NCBI GenBank assembly: GCA_034780895.1
Contig: JAUZTB010000107.1
Location: 18,790,113-18,854,112 of the forward strand
Direction of reading: 5' to 3'
DNA length: 64,000 bases
Source of the DNA: Rhynchobatus australiae
Lineage: Eukaryota
In this document: positions 12,770 to 25,540 of the stretch, one piece after another
Numbering within the stretch: position 1 is the stretch's first letter
Layout of the letters: each line of letters starts with the position of its first letter
Position numbers and translations under genes: made by a program
Notes under the pieces: model-generated
What the model saw: only the letters and a program-made list of their open reading frames with translations
Database searches by the model: none
Told to the model about the DNA's origin: nothing

Positions 12770-13659
12770 CTGTAAGAAAGAAACAATTATGACTTGTTTC
12801 ATATATGAACAATTTATCTTTTCTGCCACTGTTGCTTGGGGTTGTTAGACACAGGTTCTAACTTCTTAGGCTAACTTCTAAGGCAGCCTTTCCCGTTTTC
12901 ATAGGAATAATAAAGTGCTTCTTTGTCGACCCAGAACACAGGGCAGAGAATGACGCTGTCTGTTGTAATAACAAAAGCAAAAGAAATCCATTGAAGGGGA
13001 ACAGCAGAATGAAAACTTAACTCAAAAATATGATTCAAACTCAAAACAGGCTCTGTAAATTACAACACATCTGAATTCTGAATTAAAGTGTAATGATTAA
13101 CAACATAGGTAATTGCAGCAGATACACTGTGTACCGCTAAAACCTGCAAATAAACTTGATCAATTAATCCTTGATGATTTCAATCTCCATGTCAGCTTCT
13201 TCTCTCTCTCCCTAAAGACCTCAGAGATCTTTCTGAATCTGTCCCCACCTGTAGTTGTGGCTATTCTCTTTATCACCAGAAAACATTTTGGTGCTACATC
13301 AGCTCAACTCCCAGGCCTAGAGACAGCTCCCAGCTGATTTTCTTGACAATAAAACAGCATTGTAGGTCACCCTAACAATATCTGTAAAAACCACATAAAA
13401 AGCTAGAGCTTCAATTGTGAGGTTCAAAGAACAATGATGCCAGGTTTTCTTGTGTAGTACTGACATTGTTGGTTTCAGCACAGTGTTCCCTATTGATGTG
13501 TTACATATGTTTACAGTTCTCAGCAAGTAGCATAGCAAATGTGACCTTTGCAGTCACCTCTTGATGGGACATACGGACAACACCCTTACAGCCACATAGG
13601 AGTAATGCCACTGAACAACTGAACATGGATGCAGAAGTGATAAATAGGGAAGACAGAAG

Positions 13660-13960
13660 GGCACTGGGGGGGCGGGGGGGGTAACAGTTCGGTGTCCCAA
13701 TCTCCCAGCGGACCCCTCTTTGCCTGAGTCACAGTTGACGTTGTCTGCACTTCTCCCACACAGCCTCTCAACTAAAATTAAACCTGCGTGGGCTTATTGC
13801 ATTCTCCTCAGCACACTGGTCGCACTTCTGTGAAGTGCGTGTGTGGTTACTGCTGTCACAGGGAGAGTGACGAGATTACTCCCAGTGAGTCACTCACTCA
13901 GAGCCAGCAACTTGCACCTGTTTTTAGTTCACATGGGAGGAGCGCTTCCTGAATAAATTA
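13660..13960. promoter_or_regulatory. Candidate enhancer-like motif cluster in the last EFCC1 intron
   Basis: Locally GC/CpG-richer. Contains a GC box (ggggcgggg, about 13668), two AP-1 TGAGTCA sites (about 13725 and 13886), a RUNX-like TGTGGTT (about 13843) and an ETS/STAT-like cttcctgaa (about 13945). Confidence 0.35.
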
Positions 13961-14054
13961 AGTGAACAGAAGTTTGGAACTTTGCATCAAACTTTGAGCG
14001 CAAGTCTCTCTGGGATCTCCCTCCCTCTGCTCTGGCTGTTGAAAGCTGGGAACG

Positions 14055-14138
14055 GTTTATTTTGGTATTGGTTTATTATTGTCACTTGTACCGAGGTACA
14101 GTGGAAAAACTTGTCTTGCAAACCAATCGTACAGGTCA
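14055..14138 (-). mobile_element. LINE (Rex/Babar-like) 3' terminus running into a gap
   Basis: tggtattggtttattattgtcacttgtaccgaggtacagtggaaaaacttgtcttgc is recalled as a batoid LINE tail. A similar older tail lies on + at about 14765-14850. Confidence 0.55.
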
Positions 14139-14269
14139 NNNNNNNNNNNNNNNNNNNNNNNNNNNNNNNNNNNNNNNNNNNNNNNNNNNNNNNNNNNNNN
14201 NNNNNNNNNNNNNNNNNNNNNNNNNNNNNNNNNNNNNNGGACTTGTTCAAGCTGGTGAAGAAGAAGGCA

Positions 14270-14700
14270 CACAGAAGGCATGTTCTATGTTCCAGGAGCC
14301 ACAGTGAGTCTCAAGGTGAAATTTTCCAGGTATAAGGCTGCCTGGGAGGTGTGAGTGCAGTGTCTGATTGCCTGTATTCTCAGGAAGCCTACAATGGAGG
14401 TAAATGCCTACATCTGCTTTGTTTTCTCCTGTGGGCTAAAAGGAAAAAGAGATGGTCTCCTCGCCTTGAGGATGGAACTTGGATGACCTTCCTAATGCAG
14501 CAGTGAGTGGCAATCTGTGAAACATGATGGAGATCAGCACCAGCAGCAGGTTGAGGCTGGGAACCGGAGACTGATTGTGATACTGACCCTGATCCTGACC
14601 TCCATCGGTGAAGCGATGAAGCACATAACTGAGATTGTGTTTGAAGTTGAAGGAGGTCAGAGATTGCAGTACGCCCAAAGAACTGTCAGTTCAAATCAGT
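14270..14700 (-). mobile_element. PIF/Harbinger transposase (HARBI1-like) relic
   Basis: Minus-strand frames read SGSQPQPAAGADLHHVSQIATHCCIRKVIQVPSSRRGDHLFF and, after a frameshift, SIVGFLRIQAIRHCTH. These resemble the Harbinger motifs SGSFQ..AGD...SQ..VHCCIR.VT and GFP.VQGAIDCTH. Confidence 0.72.
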
Positions 14701-17700
14701 GAGGTTGAAAATCTCAATGCAGGCATCATTGGGGGAGTTATATATTGGGGGGAAAAGTGCTAGCATTATTACCATGTATATTGTTCACTCTGTTAGTTTC
14801 ACGCAAGCAAGGAATTTTGTTGCACTCTGGTGTATATGACAACAAACTGTCTGTAATCTGAGAACAAAAATCCCACTGTAAAATGAAGAGGCAAACTTCT
14901 TGGTGGGTAGTTAGACACCCAAAAATGTGTGCAAAATCCTGTAATCCCAAGTTAAACCAATTTTCAATAACACTTTTTATTGGAGTTGTATGAATAAATA
15001 TCTAGTNNNNNNNNNNNNNNNNNNNNNNNNNNNNNNNNNNNNNNNNNNNNNNNNNNNNNNNNNNNNNNNNNNNNNNNNNNNNNNNNNNNNNNNNNNNNNN
15101 NNNNNNNNNNNNNNNNNNNNNNNNNNNNNNNNNNNNNNNNNNNNNNNNNNNNNNNNNNNNNNNNNNNNNNNNNNNNNNNNNNNNNNNNNNNNNNNNNNNN
15201 NNNNNNNNNNNNNNNNNNNNNNNNNNNNNNNNNNNNNNNNNTTCCGCCTCTCACTGTTCTTTTAATACCATTATTAAAACTCATACCCTTGCCCAAGCTT
15301 TTTATTATAATGCCCTTCATTTAATTCTGTGAAGTACTCAGGATTGTTTCTTGAAGTAAGTGGAGTAACACAGGTGTGGCAGGTCATAATCTGTTCTTTG
15401 TACTTTGCAAGCTCCAGTGTTTAAGCAGACAAGTCTATATTTAAAGTTCAATCTTATCAGTCGGGCTGAAAAGTGCAACCTTGGAGGTAAGAGTGTTATT
15501 AGGTTGAATAGGTAACCTTGCATGTTTACCTGTTCCTGTGGAGCAGACGAAAATCACATTGTATGTTTTGAAATACATTCTCATACCACATTTATTTCAC
15601 TGCTATATATCTGAAACTTGTTTGTTTTTGGGTTGGAATGTGATTGAGAATGTTTCCAAGTCAATCACAACTATCTAGAAATCCGACCGGATATTTCTTG
15701 TTGCAAAGCACCCTCGTGTCATTGATACAATTTCCATGCCAGCTCTTCACAGGTGGCATCATTTTATACAATTGCCTAGGAAATTAGGGTCATAGTTTTA
15801 AAGTGGGCCACCCGAAGATGGGTACCCACTCCAAGAATGTTGTATTTTTTTTTCTAAATTCTGCATTCCTGGGGCTCCCCACTGGTCTGTCACTGTGACA
15901 GTGACCTCCAATGACTTCTTCTATCCTAATCTTCGAACCCTGGCCACAGTCTCAGACTCTCCCATCTCCAGAAGGCCAAAGGCCCTGATCTCCAGGTACC
16001 CTTCCCTGGACCTCCTGAGACCCTGGTCCCCAAGTACTCTACCGCCACACAGATATCCTTATACCATCACCAACCCCTCCCCTTCTGGCATTGATCTTAA
16101 GGCTTCCATCTTTGACCACCCACCCAGATCATCCGAACTTCAACCAGCTTCCAACTGTTGGCTACCTCTCACCCATAAATGCTCTGTCCAAAATTACTCA
16201 ACTACTTTTAAACATGTTTTTAACCATGCAGGTGAATTTCTAAAACAAACTTTTTTAACACTAATTAAATGTTTTTTGTTCATTGCCTATATTTTCTCTT
16301 TATTCAGACACCTGTTGAAGGCTCCTGTTTGTCTTCTCTTTCTGACATTTTCTATTCTCTGTATTCTCTTCAATTGACAAAAATGTTCTCTCACTATCTT
16401 CTACAGTCCAGGATACATTCAACATTGGGTTTTAAGTTCTAGCTACATATATGAACCTGATGATACTTCTTTACAATCAGCAGACTTTGGCAGTATATTA
16501 TGTAAAAATTCAAGATTTAGTAAGGACAACAGAATAAAATGAAAATGTCATGAAAAGGAAACTAAAGATTAGCCTGTTAGTATGTGGAATTAANNNNNNN
16601 NNNNNNNNNNNNNNNNNNNNNNNNNNNNNNNNNNNNNNNNNNNNNNNNNNNNNNNNNNNNNNNNNNNNNNNNNNNNNNNNNNNNNNNNNNNNNTAATATG
16701 AGGTATTATGTATGCATGTACAGTATGTATGTGGAATTCCCCATATGGTAAGATCCACACCAAGCCGTCCTATCTTGTTAATCTGAAGCACTTCTTACTG
16801 GATACTTCATGAGCAATGTTGCAAGTGGCCAAGGAGCAGACTATATTCTCCGTGGTCAGGGAATGAGCCTGACCTGTGGTAACCCAAATGGTGTACAGAT
16901 GAAGAAAGCATGGTGCCAATAAAATAATGCAAGACAGTGAAAGGACCTAGAAGAAAATGTGAGGGTGATAATAACATACAAGACATGATTTTAAAATTTC
17001 AAATGTATGACATAACCAGGAATAGAGATGGAATTGAAAAACTGGTGACATACTAGTCAAATCAAGAGGACAACATCAGCAAAATCTGTTTTTTGTTAAC
17101 CTGAATACTTTTTAAAAAATGTCATTACTTAACATCCTGCCTGGCTAGATAGTTCAACGGCTGTTTATATACTTGAAATAATCCTGGAATGCAAGACATG
17201 ACAAACATTAGTCTTCCAAAGACATTATGTTACAGAAAAGTATTTTCATTGTACTGCTATGCTGGCATATTAAATGCATCATAGCATCACAGAATAATGC
17301 AGAAGAGGACATTCAGTTCACAATACCTGGGCTGGCTCTTTGGCAGAACGATCCANNNNNNNNNNNNNNNNNNNNNNNNNNNNNNNNNNNNNNNNNNNNN
17401 NNNNNNNNNNNNNNNNNNNNNNNNNNNNNNNNNNNNNNNNNNNNNNNNNNNNNNNGTCCCTGCCTTTTCACTCATTGCTCTGAAATTTATTTTCCCCCTC
17501 AAGTATTTACTTGGACTGGATTGTCCTTGGTCTGGCCTGCTCACCATTGTGCCCATTGGCCCATACCAATCTGTGACAGATATGAGCTGATCCTCCAAAC
17601 CTGACAGATGTACAACAAGAGGAAGGGGGCTGTAAGTGGTGACTACTACCCAGGCCTGCTTCTAGAATGGCCAGGTGTCTTGTGACAGTTCACTGCGGTC

Positions 17701-17880
17701 AAAACCTTTGAACTGCTTATAGATCTCTGATAATCAAGACTTCAAAAACTGTTTAATTAGGCTTAAGTAATGTTAAAAAACAGATTATTCAAAATAAGTA
17801 AATTTAATTTAAAACTCCTTAAATTACTAGAAGTTAACAGAAAACATTTCAGCATCTGGCTCGCCTGTTTCTGTTTCTCT

Positions 17881-18005
17881 TTCTCCCCTTAAACTCACTG
17901 GGCCCCTGGTCCCACATTCATTTTAAACTCACCAGGGCTCCATTTCCCATCCTCCCTTTAAATTCACTGGGTTTTATATCCTGCATTCCCATTAAAATCA
18001 CCTAG
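17881..18005 (+). repeat. Degenerate minisatellite, about 34-35 bp unit, 4 copies
   Basis: Core ttaaa(c/t/a)tcac recurs near 17889, 17924, 17958 and 17992 with C-rich spacers. Confidence 0.65.
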
Positions 18006-18689
18006 TTCACTGAAAAGGGTACCACGTTATTGTGTAACATCTAAAAAGAAGTGACTTAAAAGTGTGTTGGGATATTAATAGGAGTAAAGTCCAATAATCC
18101 AGGAAATTTGCAGGTCCAGCACCAGAAAGACCCTGCCTCATTCAGGCAGTGCATTTCAGATCAAATTGATTGATCTTTGCAGAAAGATTTTCCCATATTG
18201 CCATTGGTTCTGATGTCAATCATCTTAAATCCGTGTCCACTAGTTACTGACTTGTCTGCCAGTTTTTCCTTATTCACCATACTAAGACCATTTATGATCA
18301 TAAATTGTGTCTCCATTCTAAGAAGAACACTCCAACTTCACCATCCTATCCTTCCAACTAAAGTCACTTACCCTGGTATCATTTTGCAATTTCACCAAGG
18401 CCTTCATAGCTCATGAAAATGGGCTGTTTTACCCAATGGATTTTATTATTCCACTTTGGTAGATGATATTCTTTCAAAGTATAAATCGAATGAGAAGGAA
18501 AGGCATTTAAACCAAAAGGTCAAGGGTCATATTGACAACGTTTGCAAATGGGACTTGATCAACTTGGTCAGCATGGATGAGTTGGGCCAAAGGGCCGATT
18601 TCCTCTAATAGCAAGACCACATATCCCCTGGGCTTCACTTTCATCAGTCTCTCTTGTGGTCAGATTACAACATATTGTACAATCATGAC

Positions 18690-19190
18690 TTCATTGTTGG
18701 AGTTGGAGTTAATGAATGTAGAAAGTTTACTGCAGTTATACAGGGCTTTGGTCGGACCGTGCCTGGAGTACTGTGCTCAGTTTTAGTCTCCGCATCCAAG
18801 GAAGAATATATATATCTTAGAGGTTCTCTAGATTGATTCCTGAGATGGGAGGTACTCTCAATAAAACATACCAAATCTTAGAGTGCTTTTTGGGTAGATG
18901 CTGAGTGGCTGCTTCTTTGGCTGAGAGATCATAATCTCATAACAAGGAGTCAGAAATTTAGGACTGAGATGAGAAAAAATAGCTTCACTCATAGGATTGT
19001 GAACATTTGGAATTCTCTACCCACTAATCACTTGATAAATATGTTTAAGACTGAGATCAATGGATTTTGGGATACGAAAAGGATTAAGGGGCCTCAAGAT
19101 AGTGCTGGAAGGTGGATTTAATGTAGAAATTCTGCCACAATCTAATTGAATGTTGGAGCAGACTGGGTGGACTGTATATTCTACTTATGC
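18690..19190 (+). mobile_element. CR1 LINE 3' fragment
   Basis: Translates as LLQLYRALVGPCLEYCAQF, then a decayed CR1 end (tttaggactgagatgag...tggaattctctaccc). Confidence 0.8.
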
Positions 19191-21110
19191 TGTCTTTACC
19201 TTTAAAGTCCATTAATCGGCAAGATCTGAAGGCTTCATAATTAAGAGACCACTCTTTTTATTTTAAAGTATTATTTCAATAATTAGTAAGCAATTTTCAG
19301 TCAAATTTAATATAATATTTCTCTGCCTGATCACAACAAAAAAATTAAAGCACCCCTCCCAGTCCTGTTGACAAATAAATTTAGTTTAGAAACTAGCAAA
19401 TGCTTACAACCAATCAGACTTAAAGTTGGAACTTATGTCCCTTCCTTCTTTAAATGTTTCCAATCCAAATATCTGCAGACTCAATAGGTTTTTCAGCTAT
19501 GTGTGATTTCTGATTCTCTCCATCTCCTTTTGTTGCACATGCCCTTTTGAGTCAAATAGGCTAGTGCCAACTTCCCAGCAAAACTTCATCTTTTGCTATC
19601 TGTTGCTGGGTTGAGGTGATTGCAGTCANNNNNNNNNNNNNNNNNNNNNNNNNNNNNNNNNNNNNNNNNNNNNNNNNNNNNNNNNNNNNNNNNNNNNNNN
19701 NNNNNNNNNNNNNNNNNNNNNNNNNNNNNNNNNNNNNNNNNNNNNNNNNNNNNNNNNNNNNNNNNNNNNNNNNNNNNNNNNNNNNNNNNNNNNNNNNNNN
19801 NNNNNNNNNNNNNNNNNNNNNNNNNNNNNNNNNNNNNNNNNNNNNNNNNNNNNNNNNNNNNNNNNNNNNNNNNNNNNNNNNNNNNNNNNNNNNNNNNNNN
19901 NNNNNNNNNNNNNNNNNNNNNNNNNNNNNNNNNNNNNNNNNNNNNNNNNNNNNNNNNNNNNNNNNNNNNNNNNNNNNNNNNNNNNNNNNNNNNNNNNNNN
20001 NNNNNNNNNNNNNNNNNNNNNNNNNNNNNNNNNNNNNNNNNNNNNNNNNNNNNNNNNNNNNNNNNNNNNNNNNNNNNNNNNNNTATATATGAATGACACT
20101 GGAACAATTTGATGAACCCCATTCTCTCTAAGTGTGAAACTTCTGACTGACACTTTGTACCCAATCGCTGCACCAAATAGACTTTTCCAGATAACTTGTA
20201 TGTCATGTGGACTTAGTATTTAATGCATTGAAATGGATTTAATGGAACAGCTTTGTAGATACGTTCTTAAAGTTCTTACTAGTTTCTGCTGAAGTACACA
20301 ATAACCACAAAATCTTAATTTACTAGCTGACCATAGGGAACTTCTAGTAGAATTTCTCAGTGCATGTGAAATTTTATAAATCATGCTACCAATTTGTTTT
20401 TAATGAATTCAAAAACTTCTGCACCTNNNNNNNNNNTCAAAATTAGCAGATTTGTCAATAAACTTGACATGCCCAATATGGCATTGGATTTGCAAATTTT
20501 TCAACAAGTACCTATTACTTCTGAAAGCTACAGAGTTATAATATTTATGATACAGTTCGCTTACCATATTGAAAATGCATCTATGATAAAAATAATACTG
20601 TTCTTGTCTTTCCCAAATCTCCTCCCTTCAATTATCTATTATCTTTTTCCTCTATGGTGAACTTACGGAAATTCCATCAACAGCTAGTATTTCAGTCACA
20701 TATNNNNNNNNNNNNNNNNNNNNNNNNNNNNNNNNNNNNNNNNNNNNNNNNNNNNNNNNNNNNNNNNNNNNNNNNNNNNNNNNNNNNNNNNNNNNNNNNN
20801 NNNGTCACATATTTATGTTTACTCACTCCTCACAAACTTCCATCATTTCTTGATTAATGACAAAATAATAAATGGTATTGCAGTAAAATTTCACATTTAC
20901 CTCCTGCAAAGTTAGCAACACCTGGGTGAAGCACAGTAAATAAAATCTGGTGGGGTGGAGCACCACAGATGCAACAGACTGACTTTTATTTGACTTGTAT
21001 GCATTACTGTCAAGTAAATCAGTAGAGTATTGTTTTACTTGCTCTTTGTATATGCTGTGAAGGACAAAGTAAGAACCAGAACATTCACACTATTTAATTT
21101 GTTTACTCAC

Positions 21111-21180
21111 CATGCTGAGGATTATTGCAGGACTCCAGAGTGCTGAGCAAGATTTTTCCTAGTGATCTCCTGGACACATT
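21111..21180 (-). CDS. EFCC1: EFCC1 penultimate coding exon
   Basis: Acceptor ...ccttattttatctag| and donor G|gtgagt. 70 nt, phase 0->1. Encodes NVSRRSLGKILLSTLESCNNPQH. Confidence 0.94.
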
Positions 21181-21435
21181 CTAGATAAAATAAGGATTTT
21201 ATTGATTACATTGTAAAATGAAAATATACTTAATTAACATTTTGGCACTCAAATACTTTCCAAGTCACATTTAATAACCCCCATGGTGTATTCATTTCTA
21301 CACAGGCTGAAACTCCTATCTATTTTCTGAAATGTAATAAATCAATCCTAATGCACAACTGGAAATGAGATTTTCCTTATCGAGAGAGCCCGTTGCATTA
21401 AATTACTGAAAGTTGTCAGAGCATCATTCACTCAC

Positions 21436-21594
21436 AAGGTCACGTAATTGCTGCAGGAGCTGCAGTACATCCATCAGCTTTTCTTCAATCAGTGACAGAC
21501 GTACTCTCTCAGTCTCCAACATCTGCAGCTCCATCTGCAGCAGTTCTGTCTCATCCACTTTGCGCTGTAGTTCACACAGTAATGACCCCTTCAG
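21436..21594 (-). CDS. EFCC1: EFCC1 internal coding exon (coiled coil)
   Basis: Acceptor ...tttcctatttgcttttcag| and donor CTT|gtgagt. 159 nt, phase 0->0. Encodes [53 protein letters not shown]. Confidence 0.95.
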
Positions 21595-23259
21595 CTGAAA
21601 AGCAAATAGGAAAACACAGTTACACTTCTAAACTTAAAAACAGTTACACAGTGGCTCTGTCGTAGAATTTCCCATGATGGACTAAAAGATTTGCTGAAGG
21701 ATATTTATGCCTTTTTGAGGACACCATCAGTTACAGGATAGAATAACTGTAATTCCAATTTCTACTTTATGCTTTTGGGATTAAGGTCAACTATTTTATT
21801 GAAACTTTAAATGTGTGACATGTAATTAAAAATATAATTCTTATCCCTTCATGTTTCTGAAACTGAGATTATGTGGTAAAATTTAATGCAAAAGGTATCA
21901 AAAGGTAGAAATTTGTAGAATATGCATATGTGCATTATACTCTGCTTCCAAAATTCCATACCATTGAAGTCTACAGAAGCAGGATCCAATGTACATAAAC
22001 TACACTTTAGCACAAGCATCCAAGGATGAAATATTATATCATGTTGCACCATGGGGCACACCACCGACAAGTGGTGCTGGGGTTCAGCAGCAAAGCACGA
22101 GAATACCAGGGCTTGGTGGAACTGGAAATGCGAGGCCTGAACTTTGACAATAACACAGTGAGATACTGGAAGGGTAAGGAGTCTTGATCTGGCCCAGCCT
22201 TTCTCTCAGTGATTGCTTGCTGGTGATCAGGAGGGGAAGCAATAAATATAAGAAATCTCAGAAAATAAAAGAAAATAAAAGGTTCTTTTAGAACTGAATT
22301 GCCAGATGACATTTACATTCACAATAAAATAGCAGCTATTAAATGCTGAACTAGCTATTAAATGTTTTATTATATATTTCATGAGAAAACGAACAGATAA
22401 AGGGAACACAGATCCATTACAAACAGGTGCAGTTCCAACTATGAGGAGAAATTGGGAGAAACCTGTCTTATAAAATGAGTACAATGGGCCACATTATGTT
22501 TGACTCAACCCGCGCTCACCCACACTCTCCCCCGCGGTTGCACAGACCTTTGCAGCCCCACAGGACAAATTGAGAATCAGGCCTCACTGCTGCAGCTGTT
22601 CTGTGAAGCCAAGTGATCAGTGATTAGAATTTGGCCTTGGGCAGTAGATCCTAAGTCCCTGTACCCAGACTGCTTTAGTAGCCCTTGTCCAGCTCAAGCT
22701 GTCAAAGGCCTTTTTGACTGTTTCAAAATGTCTTTCCTAAAAAGTACCACATTGATTTCTAAACACATTTTACTGAAATAATTAAAATCATTAATATTAC
22801 TTAAAATAAAAAAGCACAACCACTTACCTTCAATTATTTTTACCAACCAGGTCAGTGNNNNNNNNNNNNNNNNNNNNNNNNNNNNNNNNNNNNNNNNNNN
22901 NNNNNNNNNNNNNNNNNNNNNNNNNNNNNNNNNNNNNNNNNNNNNNNNNNNNNNNNNNNNNNNNNNNNNNNNNNNNNNNNNNNNNNNNNNNNNNNNNNNN
23001 NNNNNNNNNNNNNNNNNNNNNNNNNNNNNNNNNNNNNNNNNNNNNNNNNNNNNNNNNCTGATCTACACCATGCTGTTAACCAGTGCCTCTCAACAGAACT
23101 GCTTGCTTAAACCGAGAATGTCTCTCATTATTCAGTATAGTGAGTTCAGGAAACCTAAAAGTTAGTTGGAGTAAGGAAATTAGTGGATTTAGTAGAGATT
23201 ACAATATTTCAATATGGAAGTATGAGCTTTCCAAAGAAAGCAATGGATTAGTTAAAGCT

Positions 23260-23620
23260 CAGCCCTTCCTAATTGTGGAATTTTTTTGAAGATGTATGTA
23301 AATAGGGAAGTGTCCATAGATGTTTTTTATGGGGTTCACAGAAGAAATTTGGCAATGTTCTATATGAATTACTTCAGCTGAAATGAAAGTATACAGAATT
23401 GGAGGTAACCTTGTGACTTTTATTAGGTTGGAATGTAGGAGGTTGAGAGAAGAGATAAAGAGAATATTCTGAGTTTGGCAGGATATGGTAATTGATGGAT
23501 TTGTACTGGATTCTCAGCTTTTCACCAAACATACTTATGATGAAAAATAGGGAATTAGAAATTGAAGTTTGCAGTTTACATTAAGTTAGGCAAGGCTGTA
23601 TAATGGGAACAGGAAATTTA
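23260..23620 (+). mobile_element. Very decayed CR1 RT fragment
   Basis: Residual motifs gaattttttgaagatg, gatgttttttatgggg...tttggcaatgtt and aagtttgcagtttacattaagttagg (FADD-like). Confidence 0.5.
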
Positions 23621-24869
23621 ACTAGTTTCTCTTTTCATTGCTGCTGCCTTTTCTGTTTTTTTCTCTTCATGTATTTGTTTTCCTCTCTCATGTGCTGCTG
23701 ATTTTTTGTTCTCCACCCTCCCCTTCCCTGGTGCTGTTAGTGTCTTTCTGTCAATCCCTTCTGTGCTTCCACCTCCTCAAGTCATTCTGAATCATTTTTC
23801 TTTCTCCTCTTAAGAAACATTGCTCCAGCCTTTCTTAAATGTTGGTTCATAGCTACTACCTGTTTGCACTGTTGATATGATGTATACCATCAAGGGAAAA
23901 TCTCTGAATTCCCATCCACATTTTATAGCAATTGCCACAGCAATGCCAGCTGAAAGGAGTTTGACAGTAGTTTGGCAAAGAAGAACAGAGTCAAAATGGA
24001 GTTGTCAGTCTTTAACTGATGGTTATGTATAAAATTAGACTTTATAACATTAAGAACTAATGTTAAATTTTAAATTTCTAAGAAAAGGCTTTTTAACAAA
24101 CTTGTTAATCCAAATAAAATTGTAATCAAAGGAATTTCAGAAATAGGTGCTGATACAGGTGTTACAGTCACTATTTCAAGCTATTTAGCTCCAGATGTCG
24201 TGTTTTCTTTCTGAAAGAATTAAAATTATTTAATCAAATGGCTCTATCTTGCATCAGAACCTAGTGGGGAAACAGTTGGATTTTATATTTGGGTTGCATT
24301 TGACAAGGCATCATTTTTTAAAGTGTTCAGTCAATGAAACCTAACCTGAAGGAAGGGTCATTTTCTCATATCATTGATGGAACTGTCTGATCTCTAAAAG
24401 TTGGCTTTGAGACATTGATAATTAACAAACATCAACCAAAACTGAGTTAGGCTATTGCCATGAAGTTTGATTTTTAAAAGGAATCTATGCGAAGGAGGAT
24501 GAGGAACTATTAAAATAACCACTTGAAATAATCACTGCTCCATGCCTGAGGTGTATTACAAATTTTTAACTAAAACAGGATGATGTGGTGTTCGGACAGA
24601 TATGAAGTTCAGTACATGTCGATCCTCTATAATGTTACGCAGAGATGCAAGTTCTCCAGGAATTAGTGCACTTTTGCAATAACGTGGTTGTAAACTTCTT
24701 GGTAGGGTTCTGTAGTTACTTTTACTATCTAAGAGGATGTCCACATTTCATTCACAAGAATGGATAGAATTTCAGTCTCATTGCAAAAGCATACCTAGCA
24801 AAATTTATCCTCTATGTAATAAGAGTCCTGTTCCAAGTTGCATTCTTTCTATGGCAGACAAATATGAAA

Positions 24870-25230
24870 CCAATGCAATAAAAATGGAAAATGCTGGAAA
24901 TACTTGGCAGGTTAGGCACACCGCCTTCCTTCAGATGGATCAGCTATGAATAACAAGCCTGCTCCACTCTCTTTCAGCTGACAACACCACCATTCATGCC
25001 ATTTTGTTTCCCTTGGGTCTCCACCCTATCAGAAACATTCCCTTTGTTCCCTTCAGCCCTCCCCCTTCTCTGCAACTTAAAGCATGTTCGATTTCAAAAT
25101 TTTGCCCGTTCTGATGGAAGATCATTGATCTGAATGATTAACTCTCCTCCTCTTTCAGCAGATACTGACTAACCTGCTGAGTATTTTCAGCATTTTGTTT
25201 TCATTTCTGATTTCCAGCATCTACATTTTT
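24870..25230. mobile_element. Penelope-derived short element with inverted termini and a decayed hammerhead motif (25107-25143)
   Basis: The left end aaaatgctggaaatacttggcaggttag is the inverse of the right end aacctgctgagtattttcagcatttt. Internal motif GTT-CTGATGG-AAGATCATTGATCT-GAATG-ATT-AAC. Confidence 0.7.
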
Positions 25231-25374
25231 CTATTTTATGAGAATGAAGGATTTGAATCATTGCATCAAAATTTGGTTCAATGATGCTTTAACAACGACA
25301 GCACCCCTTGAATATTTTTGTCATTACACTTTGCTGACATAAAAGAAATGCATCAAAATGTTCCAATTTGTCAC

Positions 25375-25540
25375 CTGATCAATGTCGGTCTCCATTTGCT
25401 GGGTTTCATATTCCTTTAACTCCAGTTGTTCCTTTAATTTTGCCACTTTTTCAACCAGTTCCCAAACCGCACTGTTGCTTTCATCACAGCGTATGTTCCC
25501 AAACTCTGATAGTAGCTTTCTTACAGTTTTATCATCACAG
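25375..25540 (-). CDS. EFCC1: EFCC1 internal coding exon
   Basis: Acceptor ...tatgttttcacag| and donor CAG|gtgaca. 166 nt, phase 2->0. Encodes GCDDKTVRKLLSEFGNIRCDESNSAVWELVEKVAKLKEQLELKEYETQQMETDIDQ, matching the recalled CDD..KL motif followed by coiled coil. Confidence 0.9.

Noticed and set aside
17881-18005. CRISPR-like repeat-spacer pattern
   Set aside because: The context is eukaryotic, the units are degenerate, the spacers resemble each other and there are no cas genes. It is an ordinary minisatellite.
21413-21598. Ser-rich plus-strand ORF (likewise 25368-25628 and 28778-29086)
   Set aside because: These are antisense shadows of real EFCC1 exons.
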